Shown here piece after piece: positions 21,174-30,443 of a stretch of DNA of 64,000 bases; position 1 is the first letter of the stretch; the number at the start of each line of letters is the position of its first letter. Below the pieces are notes generated by a model that searched no databases, was not told the DNA's origin, and worked only from the letters and a program-made list of their open reading frames with translations. The position numbers and the translations under genes were made by a program. The stretch lies in contig CAVXGR010000005.1 of assembly GCA_963761335.1 (NCBI GenBank), forward strand, positions 256,001 to 320,000, read 5' to 3'. This DNA comes from an uncultured delta proteobacterium (GTDB taxonomy: Bacteria > Desulfobacterota > Binatia > HRBIN30 > BPIQ01).

Positions 21174-22583
21174 GTGGTGTCGTGTGCGGCTCTCTTGTTG
21201 GTCGCTGCAACCGTTGCCGCGGCGGCGCCGGTGCGTTGGATCGCCGTCGGCGGCGGCGCGGATCCGCGCTCCACGCAGGTTTCCCTGGAGCAGGATGTGG
21301 CTCTGGCGAAAGAGACGCTGGGGCCGGGCGGAAAGCTCTTCTTCGCCGGCGGAGAGGACGCCTACGCGGTGCAGGTGTTGAACCAGACGCCACACGGCGA
21401 CGCGCTGCTGCGCGAGCTGGGTGATCTGTTCGAGCCCCGCGACGGCCGCGACGCGCACTACCGCCGCCCCGCCGTGCACACCGACGGACCGGCGACGGAC
21501 ACCGAGCTCTTCGATGCCCTGTCGGCGGCGCTGCAGGACGGCGCCGCGCCGCTCCTCGTCTATGTTGCCACGCACGGCGACGTGGGCGAGAGCCCCAGCG
21601 AGAACTCGATCCACCTGTGGGGCGACGAGGCGGTGACCGTCGGCGACCTCGCCGAGTTTCTCGCCCGGCACCGCAGCCGGCGTCCGCTGCGTTTCGTGGT
21701 CACTTCCTGCTATTCCGGCGGCTTTGCCGAGCTCGCCTTCGCCGGCGCCTCGCCCGAGAACGGCGCGGCCCCGGGGATCCGCTGCGGCCTGTTCTCCACG
21801 GAGTGGGATCGGCAGGCGAGCGGCTGTGACCCGAATCCCGATCGCGGCACGCAGCAGGGGTACGGCATCCACTTTTGGCACGCCCTGCGCGGCGAGGATC
21901 GCGATGGTCAGCCATTGCCGCCGTCGGTGCTCGACCTCGACGGCGACGGCAAGATCTCGTTGCTCGAGGCGCACACGCGGGCGCGCATCGCCTCGACCTC
22001 GATCGACATCCCGACGACGACCTCGGAGCGCTGGCTGCGCGAAGCGGTGCCCGCCGGAGGCGCCATCGAGACCATCGCCGCGGCGGCGCCGATGTCGTTT
22101 CCCGAGGAAGATGCGGTCATCGCCACGCTCGGGAGCCAGCTCTCGCTGCCCAACGAGGTCACCGCCCGGCGGCGCTTCGACCACCTTTCGGACGAGCTGC
22201 GGCAGGCCAACGACGCCGAGGCGCGCGCCGAGGACGACGAGGCGGATGCCTATGCCGACCTGCGCATCTCGCTGCTCGGCCGTTGGCCGGTGCTCGACGA
22301 TCCCTGGCATCCGGACTTCGCGAGCACGATTCGCGACCATCGCGCCGCCATCGACGCGGCGCTGCACCAGGGCACGCGCCCCGCCGTCTATCACAGTGCC
22401 CTCGACCGCCTGTCACGCGCCGGCGATGTGGCCGAGCGCGTGCTGCTCGAGTACGCCCGTGTGGCGCGCCTGGTGCGCGCCTATGAGACGCGTGCCCTCG
22501 CCAACCGCCTGCGGGCCCAGGGCGGCCCCGCATGGGAAACCTACCGCCGCCTCCTCGAGTGCGAGCGCGGAACCCCGAGGTAG
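21174..22583 (+). CDS. Secreted clan CD (caspase/legumain-like) cysteine peptidase-like protein; start uncertain
   Basis: Signal-like N-terminus, VYVATHG and VVTSCYSGGF (His-Cys dyad pattern), EF-hand-like DLDGDGKIS, helical C-terminus. Confidence 0.65.
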   Translation: MVSCAALLLVAATVAAAAPVRWIAVGGGADPRSTQVSLEQDVALAKETLGPGGKLFFAGGEDAYAVQVLNQTPHGDALLRELGDLFEPRDGRDAHYRRPAVHTDGPATDTELFDALSAALQDGAAPLLVYVATHGDVGESPSENSIHLWGDEAVTVGDLAEFLARHRSRRPLRFVVTSCYSGGFAELAFAGASPENGAAPGIRCGLFSTEWDRQASGCDPNPDRGTQQGYGIHFWHALRGEDRDGQPLPPSVLDLDGDGKISLLEAHTRARIASTSIDIPTTTSERWLREAVPAGGAIETIAAAAPMSFPEEDAVIATLGSQLSLPNEVTARRRFDHLSDELRQANDAEARAEDDEADAYADLRISLLGRWPVLDDPWHPDFASTIRDHRAAIDAALHQGTRPAVYHSALDRLSRAGDVAERVLLEYARVARLVRAYETRALANRLRAQGGPAWETYRRLLECERGTPR

Positions 22584-22587
22584 AAGG

Positions 22588-22636
22588 GGGAGCGCGACCA
22601 GCTCGGCCGCCCTGGGAGCGCGGCCGTCCCGGCCGC
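22588..22636. repeat. Two GGGAGCGCGGCC-type REP-like palindromes between convergent genes
   Basis: GGGAGCGCGACCAGCTCGGCCGC and GGGAGCGCGGCCGTCCCGGCCGC; related copies at 39502 and 59875. Confidence 0.7.
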
Positions 22637-22653
22637 AAGAGCCCTCTCAGCGG

Positions 22654-23574
22654 CTATTTCACTGCCAGAGGGTTGAGGGGTGAGCCGACGCCGCCGGTCA
22701 CCTTGAGGGGCGGCGCGCTGAAGAGAAACTCGTAGACGCCGTCGGCGGCGCAGTCGGCGGCGAGATCGCCGAGGTCGAACATCTCGCCCAGCGTCAGACC
22801 CATGTCGCGGATGCACAGCAGGTGGAGCGGCAGCGGCGTGCTGGCGTCCTCGAAGGGAATCACCTCGACGGCGTTGGTGTCGCTCGCCACGGCCGCCACC
22901 TCGCGGGCGTGCAGCCACTCGGCGCAGGCGACCCCGAGACCGGGCATCTGGCGCATGTAGCCGACGCGGTCTCCATCCTTCTTGAAGACGTCGAGGTGGC
23001 CGGTGCGAATGAGCAGGACGTCGCCGGACTCGGCGCGGACGCCGGCGGCGCGCTCGGCGGTCTCGAGATCACCGGGACCGATGACGCGGCCGGGCGGCAG
23101 TCGATCGACGCCGGCGGCGCGGGCGAGGTCGAGGAGCACGCCGCGGGAGACGATGCCGGCGCCCACCTTGTCGATGCCGTTGCGGGCCGCCCCGGCGGGC
23201 GTGATCGTCGAGGCGGGATAGCCGTTGTAGAGCTGTCCGCCGTAGTGGACGTGCGCCAGGCTGTCCCACTGGGTGGCGCACTGCAGCGGCATGACGACGA
23301 CGTCGTCGGAGTAGCGGAAGCCCTCCGGGTCGGGACCGATCTGTCCGGCCACGGCGCTCATCAGGTGCAGTGGGTTGACGCGCCCGCCCTGGCCGATCTG
23401 GGGCCCCTCGGCGCCGAAGTTGAGACCGAGGCTGAAGACGTCGCCGCGCTTCACGCGGGCGGCGCCGCGCCGCACCACCTCCGGGGTGATGAAGTTGAGA
23501 GTGCCGCGCTCGTCGTCCGCGCCCCAGCGCCCCCAGTTCGAGACCCTCTTCGCGAGAGCGCGTACCTTCTCCAT
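22654..23574 (-). CDS. Cyclase family (kynurenine formamidase-like) metal-dependent hydrolase
   Basis: SNWGRWGADDERGTLN, TQWDSLAH, GDVLLIRTG, GVGSPLNPLAVK. Confidence 0.9.
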   Translation of the reverse strand: MEKVRALAKRVSNWGRWGADDERGTLNFITPEVVRRGAARVKRGDVFSLGLNFGAEGPQIGQGGRVNPLHLMSAVAGQIGPDPEGFRYSDDVVVMPLQCATQWDSLAHVHYGGQLYNGYPASTITPAGAARNGIDKVGAGIVSRGVLLDLARAAGVDRLPPGRVIGPGDLETAERAAGVRAESGDVLLIRTGHLDVFKKDGDRVGYMRQMPGLGVACAEWLHAREVAAVASDTNAVEVIPFEDASTPLPLHLLCIRDMGLTLGEMFDLGDLAADCAADGVYEFLFSAPPLKVTGGVGSPLNPLAVK

Positions 23575-23590
23575 GGTTGCCGGCGCCGCC

Positions 23591-23785
23591 TCAGTCTTCG
23601 ACGATCGAGAGCGCCTGGCGCGGGCAGAGCCGCACCGCTTCCTCCACCTTGCTGCGCAGAGACTCGGGCGGTCGCTCCTGCTTGAGATGGGCCTTGTCGT
23701 CGTCCTCGACGACGAAGACCTCGGGCGCCGCCTTCTGGCACTTCGCGTTTCCCTCACACAGATCGTAATCGACCACGACTCTCAT
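23591..23785 (-). CDS. Ferredoxin (P450-associated, 3Fe-4S type)
   Basis: CEGNAKC...APEVF...CPRQAL; adjacent to the P450. Confidence 0.9.
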   Translation of the reverse strand: MRVVVDYDLCEGNAKCQKAAPEVFVVEDDDKAHLKQERPPESLRSKVEEAVRLCPRQALSIVED

Positions 23786-23839
23786 AGAAGCCCTCTCTCG
23801 AATGGAAGTGGCCTAAATTTGCGCGTGCGGAGCCCGGCG

Positions 23840-25051
23840 TCAACCCGCCGCCGGCGTGAAGCGCACCGGCATCCGCTTGATTCCGGCGATGAAGTTGGAG
23901 CGCAGGCGCGCCACCGGCCCGGCCAGCTCGATGTCGGGGAGACGGCGCAGCAGCTCCGCGAACATGAGGCGGATCTCCAGGCGCGCCAGATTGGAGCCGA
24001 GGCAGAAGTGCTCGCCGATGCCGAAGGCGAGGTGGTTGTTGGGCGTGCGGCCGACGTCGAAGTGGTCGGGTGCCGCGAAGACGTCCTCGTCGCGGTTGGC
24101 GGAGATGTAGTAGATCACCACCTTGTCGCCCTCGCGGATCCGGTGGCCGCGCAGCTCGGTGTCGCGGGTCGCGGTGCGGCGGAAGTGGGTCACCGGGGAA
24201 ACCCAGCGCAGCATTTCCTCGACGGTGGTGTCGATGAGCGACGGATCGGCGAGCAGGCGGGCGCGCTGCTCGGGGTGCTCGATGAGCGCCAGCATACCGC
24301 CGGAGATGAGGTTGCGGGTGGTTTCGTTGCCGGCCACGGCGAGCAGCAGGAAGAAGAGGTCGAACTCGAGCTCGCTGAGCTGCTGGCCGTCCACCTCGCC
24401 GTTCATCAGCACGCTCACCAGGTCGTCGCCGGGGTGCTGGCGCCGCTCGATGGCGAGCTGGTTGGCGTAGACGTACATCTCGGTGGCGGCGATCTTGCCG
24501 TCCTCCAACGAGGTCTGGAACTCCGGGTCGTCGAAGCCGATCAGCCGATTGCTCCACTCGAACAGCTTGTGCCGATCCTCCAGCGGGATTCCCATCATCT
24601 CGGCGATGACCTGCAGCGGCAGCTCGCAGGCGATGTCGGCGACGAAGTCGCACTCGCCGCGCGCCGCCACCTTGTCGACGATGAGGCGCGCCTGCTCGCG
24701 AATGCGGGGCTCGAGGCGGCTGATCATGCGCGGCGTGAAGCCGCGGCTCACCAGCGAGCGCAGCTTGGTGTGCTTCGGCGGGTCCTGATTGAGCATCATC
24801 AGCTGCATCTGTTGCAGGTCCTCCTCCGCCGGCTCGAAGAGGAAGGTCGCCCGGCGCTCGGAGGAGAAGGTGCGGGGATCGCGAGACACGGTGATGACGT
24901 CGGCGTGCTTGGTGACCGCCCAGAAGCCGGGTCCCTGCGGGTCGGGATGCCAGAACACCGGCGCCTCGGCGCGCAGGCGCGCGAAGGCGGCGTGCGGCAC
25001 GCCCTTCTCCCAGAGGTCCTGGCTGTAGAGATCGATGTCGGACAGGCTCAT
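23840..25051 (-). CDS. Cytochrome P450 (CYP125/CYP124-like)
   Basis: AVAGNETT I-helix, EMLR ExxR motif, heme motif FGIGEHFCLG. Confidence 0.93.
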   Translation of the reverse strand: MSLSDIDLYSQDLWEKGVPHAAFARLRAEAPVFWHPDPQGPGFWAVTKHADVITVSRDPRTFSSERRATFLFEPAEEDLQQMQLMMLNQDPPKHTKLRSLVSRGFTPRMISRLEPRIREQARLIVDKVAARGECDFVADIACELPLQVIAEMMGIPLEDRHKLFEWSNRLIGFDDPEFQTSLEDGKIAATEMYVYANQLAIERRQHPGDDLVSVLMNGEVDGQQLSELEFDLFFLLLAVAGNETTRNLISGGMLALIEHPEQRARLLADPSLIDTTVEEMLRWVSPVTHFRRTATRDTELRGHRIREGDKVVIYYISANRDEDVFAAPDHFDVGRTPNNHLAFGIGEHFCLGSNLARLEIRLMFAELLRRLPDIELAGPVARLRSNFIAGIKRMPVRFTPAAG

Positions 25052-25093
25052 GGTCGGATCTCCCGCAGTGCGGCCCGCGGCGTTGCCGCCGGC

Positions 25094-25771
25094 TCAGCGC
25101 CTGCGCACGGCGCGCGGCCGCGCTCGGCCGGCGCCGAGAAGCTCCGCCACGGCGGTCTTGAGGAAGCGGCGTTGCCGTTGCAGCGCTGCGGGATCGAGGG
25201 GATCGCCCTGCATCACCGTCTGCAGGAGCTTGGCGTTGGCGAAGTAGCCGAAGATCAGCAGGTAGAGGCCGGCGGCGAGGTGCGGCAGCTCCTCCGCCGT
25301 CCACGGCCCGCCGCTGCTGGCCAGCACCTGCACGCCTTCGGCGTAGACGGGCCGCAGGAGCCGGGTGATGGTGCTGCGCAGGTAGCGGCTGTCGTCGAGC
25401 GCGGCGCGCTGGATCAGCCGCGGCAGCTGCGGATGCTCGACCAGGTAATCGAACATGCGGTCGAGGAAGTGATCGACGACGCCCGCCTCGACGGCGGCGC
25501 CGCTCCCCTTCTCGGCATCGACGCGGGCGCTCTCCGCCACCAGCTCGAGAACCGGATCGAGGCCGCGCGCTAGCGCCGCCTCGTAGAGCGCCCGCTTGTT
25601 GCGGAAATGGTTGTAGAGGCTGGCCTGGTTCTTCAGCCCCGCCTCGGCGGCGATGCCGCGCACCGAGACCCCGGCGAAGCCGCTCTCCGCGAAGCGCCGC
25701 TCCGCGGCGTCGAGGATCAGATCCCGCGTCGACCGCGCCTCGGCCTTGCGCGCCGCGCCGCTGCCAGCCAT
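25094..25771 (-). CDS. TetR/AcrR-family transcriptional regulator
   Basis: ILDAAERRFAESGFAGVSVRGIA...SLYNHFRNKRALY HTH. Confidence 0.9.
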   Translation of the reverse strand: MAGSGAARKAEARSTRDLILDAAERRFAESGFAGVSVRGIAAEAGLKNQASLYNHFRNKRALYEAALARGLDPVLELVAESARVDAEKGSGAAVEAGVVDHFLDRMFDYLVEHPQLPRLIQRAALDDSRYLRSTITRLLRPVYAEGVQVLASSGGPWTAEELPHLAAGLYLLIFGYFANAKLLQTVMQGDPLDPAALQRQRRFLKTAVAELLGAGRARPRAVRRR

Positions 25772-25804
25772 GCGCCCTGTTACAAAACAAACGTTTGTTC
25801 GTCA

Positions 25805-26009
25805 AGCCGCCAAGGCGAACCGCAGAGGCGCCGAGGGTGCAGAGAAAGGACACCGCCACGATCCGTTACCGGCGTCCCTTCGCCTGGGGCGTTGCCCCAG
25901 GCTGTTGAATTGCGCCCATTCGGGGCTGGAGTGGTCCGAATCTCCCTCGGCGTCCTTGGCGAGCTTCTCCTCTGCGCCCTCGGCGCCTTGGCGGTTCGCC
26001 TTGGCGGCT
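25805..26009. repeat. ~45-bp terminal inverted repeat element with an internal REP-like hairpin
   Basis: Left AGCCGCCAAGGCGAACCGCAGAGGCGCCGAGGGTGCAGAG pairs with right CTCTGCGCCCTCGGCGCCTTGGCGGTTCGCCTTGGCGGCT; internal CCTGGGGCGTTGCCCCAGG. Confidence 0.8.
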
Positions 26010-26094
26010 CTTTGCACCGGTTCTGCACGATCTCTCTGCTGGAATTCCTCGCCGCGGCTCTGCAGTCGTCAAACTCGTATGCTCTTCTGGGGGC

Positions 26095-27924
26095 ATGAAA
26101 GATCAGCTCTCCGCCGCGACCCGTCTGGCTCCGGATGTCTCGCCGCCGCTGCCGGCTCTCGAATATCTGCGGGGGCCGGAGGACGTCAGGCGGCTGTCGC
26201 CGGCGCAGCTGCAGAGGCTCGCCGAGGAGATGCGCGAGTTTCTCATCGACGCGGTCACCCGCATCGGCGGGCACCTCGGGGCCGGGCTCGGCGTCGTCGA
26301 GCTGACCATCGCGCTGTTCGCCGAGCTCGATCTGAACGATGGCGACAAGCTGGTGTGGGACGTCGGCCACCAGTGCTATCCGCACAAGCTGCTCACCGGG
26401 CGGGCTCGCGGTTTCGAGTCGCTGCGCCGCCGCGGCGGCATGTCGGGCTTTCCGGATCCGCGCGAGTCGAGCTGGGACACGGTGAAGACCGGGCACGGGG
26501 GCACCAGCATCTCCACCGCCGCCGGCTTCGCCCTCGCCTGGAAGCACGCCGGAGCAGACCCGGAACGGCGCGCCGTGGCGGTGATCGGCGACGGCGCCCT
26601 GCAGGAAGGCAGCGCCTACGAGGCGCTGCATCACGCCGGCAGCATTGCCGACCTGCCGCTGATCGTCGTCCTCAACGACAACGGCATGTCGATCAGCCCC
26701 AGCGCCGGGGCTCTTCCCGGCCTTCTCGATCGGCAGGGCCGCTCGGGCGGCGACAACTTCTTCGAGCAGCTCGGCTTCCGCTACTGCGGTCCGTTCGACG
26801 GTCACGACATCGAGGCCGTGCGCCGGGCGCTGCGCACCGCCCGCTGCGAGCCGGGGCCGGTGGTGCTGCACCTGCTGACTCGCAAGGGACGCGGCTACCG
26901 CGACGGCGAGCCCGAGCACACCTGCTATCACGCCGTCTCCGCCGCGGGCGGTGGCGCTGTCGAGTATCCGCAGCAGGGCGGGCCGAGCTTCACTGCGGCG
27001 TTTGCCGACGCCGCCATCGCCATGGCGGAGGAGGATCCGCGCCTGGTGGTGGTCACCGCGGCGATGCTCGAAGGGACCGGGCTGGTGAAGTTCCAGCGGC
27101 GCTTCCCGGATCGCTGCCACGACGTCGGCATGGCGGAGCAGCACGCCGTGGCGCTGGCGGCCGGCTTGGCGCTCGCCGGCCGGCGGCCGATCTGCGCCAT
27201 CTACTCGACCTTCCTGCAGCGCGCCTACGACCAGGTGTTCCAGGAGGTGGCGCTGCAGCGCGCCCGGGTTCTCTTCTGTCTCGACCGCGGCGGCCTGGTG
27301 GGCTCCGACGGCGCCACTCACAACGGCGTCTTCGACGTCGGCTATCTCCGCTGCCTGCCGAACCTGGCGCTGATGGCGCCGCGCGACATCGGCGAGCTGG
27401 CGCAGATGATGCGCCTCGCCTGGGAATGGGATGGACCGGTGGCCATCCGTTTCCCGCGCGGCAGCGGCGCGCGGCCGGAGTGGCAGCTGCCGCATGCGCC
27501 GCTCACCTTCGGCCGCGCCGAGCGCGTCGCCCCGGGGGAGGACGGGTGCATCCTCGCCTACGGGGCGATGACCTATGCGGCCCTGGAAGTACGGCGGCGC
27601 CTGCTCGCCGAGAGCGGCGTGCGGCTGGCCGTGGTCAACGCGCGCTTCGCCAAGCCTCTCGACGAGGACCTGATCGCCGAGGAGCTACAGCGGCAGCCGG
27701 TGGTCTTCACCCTCGAGGATCACGCCCTCAGCTGCGGCTTCGGCGCCGCCGTCGCCGAGCTGGCGCACACCCGCCTGTCGGGGCAGATGGACAGCGGCCG
27801 CCTCTGCCTCCTCGGTATTCCCGATCGCTTCTTCGACCACGCCGAGCGCGCCGAGCAGCTCGAGGAGGCCGAGCTTGGTGTCGATCAGATCAAGGGGCGG
27901 GTTGTTAGGTTGTTAGGTTGTTAG
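26095..27924 (+). CDS. dxs: 1-deoxy-D-xylulose-5-phosphate synthase
   Basis: GGHLGAGLGVVELT, WDVGHQCYPHKLLTGR, GDGALQEG...NDN, AEQHAV, IYSTFLQRAYDQ, DGATH. Confidence 0.93.
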   Translation: MKDQLSAATRLAPDVSPPLPALEYLRGPEDVRRLSPAQLQRLAEEMREFLIDAVTRIGGHLGAGLGVVELTIALFAELDLNDGDKLVWDVGHQCYPHKLLTGRARGFESLRRRGGMSGFPDPRESSWDTVKTGHGGTSISTAAGFALAWKHAGADPERRAVAVIGDGALQEGSAYEALHHAGSIADLPLIVVLNDNGMSISPSAGALPGLLDRQGRSGGDNFFEQLGFRYCGPFDGHDIEAVRRALRTARCEPGPVVLHLLTRKGRGYRDGEPEHTCYHAVSAAGGGAVEYPQQGGPSFTAAFADAAIAMAEEDPRLVVVTAAMLEGTGLVKFQRRFPDRCHDVGMAEQHAVALAAGLALAGRRPICAIYSTFLQRAYDQVFQEVALQRARVLFCLDRGGLVGSDGATHNGVFDVGYLRCLPNLALMAPRDIGELAQMMRLAWEWDGPVAIRFPRGSGARPEWQLPHAPLTFGRAERVAPGEDGCILAYGAMTYAALEVRRRLLAESGVRLAVVNARFAKPLDEDLIAEELQRQPVVFTLEDHALSCGFGAAVAELAHTRLSGQMDSGRLCLLGIPDRFFDHAERAEQLEEAELGVDQIKGRVVRLLGC

Positions 27925-28138
27925 GTTGTTAGGTTGTTAGGTTGTTAGGTTGTTAGGTTGTTAGGTTGTTAGGTTGTTAGGTTGTTAGGTTGTTAGGTTG
28001 TTAGGTTGTTAGGTTGTTAGGTTGTTAGGTTGTTAGGTTGTTAGGTTGTTAGGTTGTTAGGTTGTTAGGTTGTCAGCTCAGTCGTTGAAGAGGGTTCATC
28101 CGTACCTAACAACCAACAACTCAACAACTTAACAACCT
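27901..28138. repeat. (GTTGTTAG)x21 perfect tandem repeat plus a degenerate inverted copy
   Basis: 27901-28068 is 21 perfect octamers, then GTTGTCAG; 28104-28138 reads acctaacaaccaacaactcaacaacttaacaacc. Confidence 0.95.
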
Positions 28139-28193
28139 GCCCTCAAGAACAATCAGGCTTGACTGTTTGTTTGTGATTCGCTAGCTTCACCGG

Positions 28194-28829
28194 ATGCCGA
28201 TCGCAGCAGCGGTGAGGGCGCGGCGCACCCAGGCGGAGCGCAGCGCGGCAATGCAGGCGCGCCTGCTCGACGCGGCGCTCGACTGTCTGGTCGAGCACGG
28301 CTACGCCGGCACCACCACCACCCTGGTCGCCGAGCGCGCCGGGGTATCCCGCGGCGCCCAGCTGCACCACTACCCGACGCGCGCCGCGCTGGTCTCCGCC
28401 GCCATCGAGCACCTCTTTGCCCGGATGACCGAGGAGTACGTCGACGGCTTCGCCCGCCTCGCCCCGGGCGCCGACCGCCTGCGCGCCGCCGTCGACATGC
28501 TCTGGTCGATGTACGCCAGGCCGCCCTACGCCGCCGTCCTCGACCTCTACATCGCGGCGCGCACCGACGCCGAGCTGCGCGCCCATCTGAAGCCGATCGC
28601 CGAACGCCATCAGGAGAACGTCTTCCGCCTGGCGCGCCGCTACTTTCCCGAGGCGGCGCGCCACAATCCCGATTTCGACGTCACCCTGGAGCTGGTTCTC
28701 GACGCCATGCAGGGCATGGCGGTGTCGCGCTTCGTGCACGGGCGCGCCGCCGCCGGGGCTCGACGCCTGGAGGCCGTGCAGCAGATCGCCGCCCGCGCCC
28801 TGCGTTTCCGTGTTCCCGGGAGGAAGTGA
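28194..28829 (+). CDS. TetR/AcrR-family transcriptional regulator
   Basis: RRTQAERS...GYAGTTTTLVAERAGVSRGAQLHHYPT. Confidence 0.9.
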   Translation: MPIAAAVRARRTQAERSAAMQARLLDAALDCLVEHGYAGTTTTLVAERAGVSRGAQLHHYPTRAALVSAAIEHLFARMTEEYVDGFARLAPGADRLRAAVDMLWSMYARPPYAAVLDLYIAARTDAELRAHLKPIAERHQENVFRLARRYFPEAARHNPDFDVTLELVLDAMQGMAVSRFVHGRAAAGARRLEAVQQIAARALRFRVPGRK

Positions 28830-28833
28830 AGCG

Positions 28834-29697
28834 ATGCCCGACCTGACCATCTATGCCATCCCGGCGTTCTTCGCCCTGATGATCGCCGAGGGAGTGCTCG
28901 CCGGCGCCACCGCCATGCGCGGCTACGAGTCCCGCGACACCGCCGCCAGCCTCGCCATGGGCGTCGGCAACGTGCTCATCGACCTGCTGATGAAGGGCGT
29001 TCACCTGGCGTTGCTCTTCTGGGTGGCGCAGCACGCCGTGCTTCACCTCGGGCACGCGTGGTGGTCGTGGGTGCTGCTGCTGGTCGCCGGCGACCTGGTC
29101 TACTACTGGTTTCACCGCCTGCACCACGAGGTGCGCTTTCTGTGGGCGGCGCACGTGAATCATCACTCCAGCCAGCGCTACAACCTGTCGACGGCGCTGC
29201 GGCAGTCGTGGACCACGCCCTTCACCATCATGCTCTTCTGGTGGCCGCTCGCCCTCATCGGCTTCGACCCGCTGATGATCATGGCGGCCATCGCCATCAA
29301 CACCGTCTACCAGTTCTGGATCCACACCGAGGCCATCGGCCGGCTGGGCGTGCTCGAATGGGTGCTCAACACCCCGTCGCATCACCGCGTCCACCACGGC
29401 GCCAACGTCGAGTACCTGGACCGCAACTACGGCGGCATGTTCATCGTCTGGGACTTTCTCTTCGCCAGCTTCGAGCCGGAGCGGGCCCGGGTGCGCTACG
29501 GGCTCACCAAGAACATCGACACCTTCAACCCGGTGAAGATCGCTTTCCACGAGTGGATCGCCATGCTCGGCGACGCCTGGCGCGCCGATTCCTGGCGCGA
29601 CCGCATGGCGCATCTGCTCCAGCCCCCCGGCTGGAGCCCCGACGGCTCAACGCTCACCGCCCGCGAAATGCAGGCCGCCCCTACCGCTGCCGGGTGA
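28834..29697 (+). CDS. Sterol desaturase / fatty acid hydroxylase family protein (alkylglycerol monooxygenase-like)
   Basis: His boxes HRLHH, HVNHHS, HHRVHH; DRNYGG; PPGW tail. Confidence 0.9.
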   Translation: MPDLTIYAIPAFFALMIAEGVLAGATAMRGYESRDTAASLAMGVGNVLIDLLMKGVHLALLFWVAQHAVLHLGHAWWSWVLLLVAGDLVYYWFHRLHHEVRFLWAAHVNHHSSQRYNLSTALRQSWTTPFTIMLFWWPLALIGFDPLMIMAAIAINTVYQFWIHTEAIGRLGVLEWVLNTPSHHRVHHGANVEYLDRNYGGMFIVWDFLFASFEPERARVRYGLTKNIDTFNPVKIAFHEWIAMLGDAWRADSWRDRMAHLLQPPGWSPDGSTLTAREMQAAPTAAG

Positions 29698-29702
29698 AAG
29701 GG

Positions 29703-30384
29703 GACAGTGCGTCATGAGCCTGCGGCTCACCAGCAGACGATGAAGATGAGGCTGGGGATCTGCCCCGTAGAGAGATTTGGCGGTTCTCGCCTGGGCGAAG
29801 TTCGCCCCGGAGGGGCGGTGGCGTGTAGCCCCGGATGAAACCCGGGGAAAAATGCGCGCTCCGTCATAGGCGCCCCGCCAGGGGGCGCGGGCAGATTTTC
29901 GTCGATGTCGCGCCTGTACGCCGATGATCACCGCTGGGTGCGTGGGAAGCTCATCAACGTGATTCACGCGGCCCCTACGCCTGCGCCCCTCCGGGGCGCT
30001 GATCTGGGCAATCGGAACGCGGTCCCCGGGTTGGCACCCGGGGAAAAATGCGCGCTCCGTCATAGGCGCCCCGCCAGGGGCGCGGGCAGATTTTCGTCGA
30101 TGTCGCGCCTGTACGCCGATGATCACCGCTGGGTGCGTGGGAAGCTCATCAACGTGATTCACGCGGCCCCTACGCCTGCGCCCCTCCGGGGCGCTGATCT
30201 GGGCAATCGGAACGCGGTCCCCGGGTTGGCACCCGGGGCTACATGCCCGCGCCCCTCCGGGGCGATAATCTCCACCCCAAGCGCCGGGGCTCCGAGAGAC
30301 CCTCCGGGGCGATAAGCCTCCACCCCAGCGCCGGGACTCCGCCAGACCTTCACCCAATAGATTTTCGAAGCAGGCTACTTTTGC
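29703..30384 (-). mobile_element. Palindromic element copy B with an internal ~196-bp tandem duplication
   Basis: Reverse complement of copy A; segment 29841-30036 is repeated at 30037-30231. Confidence 0.85.
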
Positions 30385-30443
30385 GGCTCGAGGTCGGGTG
30401 AGAGCAACAATCTCGCGTGCAAAAGTTGCCTGTCCCCAGCCCC

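Noticed and set aside
27901..28076. Telomere-like repeat or eukaryotic contamination
   Set aside because: Embedded between ordinary bacterial genes, with an inverted partner and a second degenerate copy at 20874.
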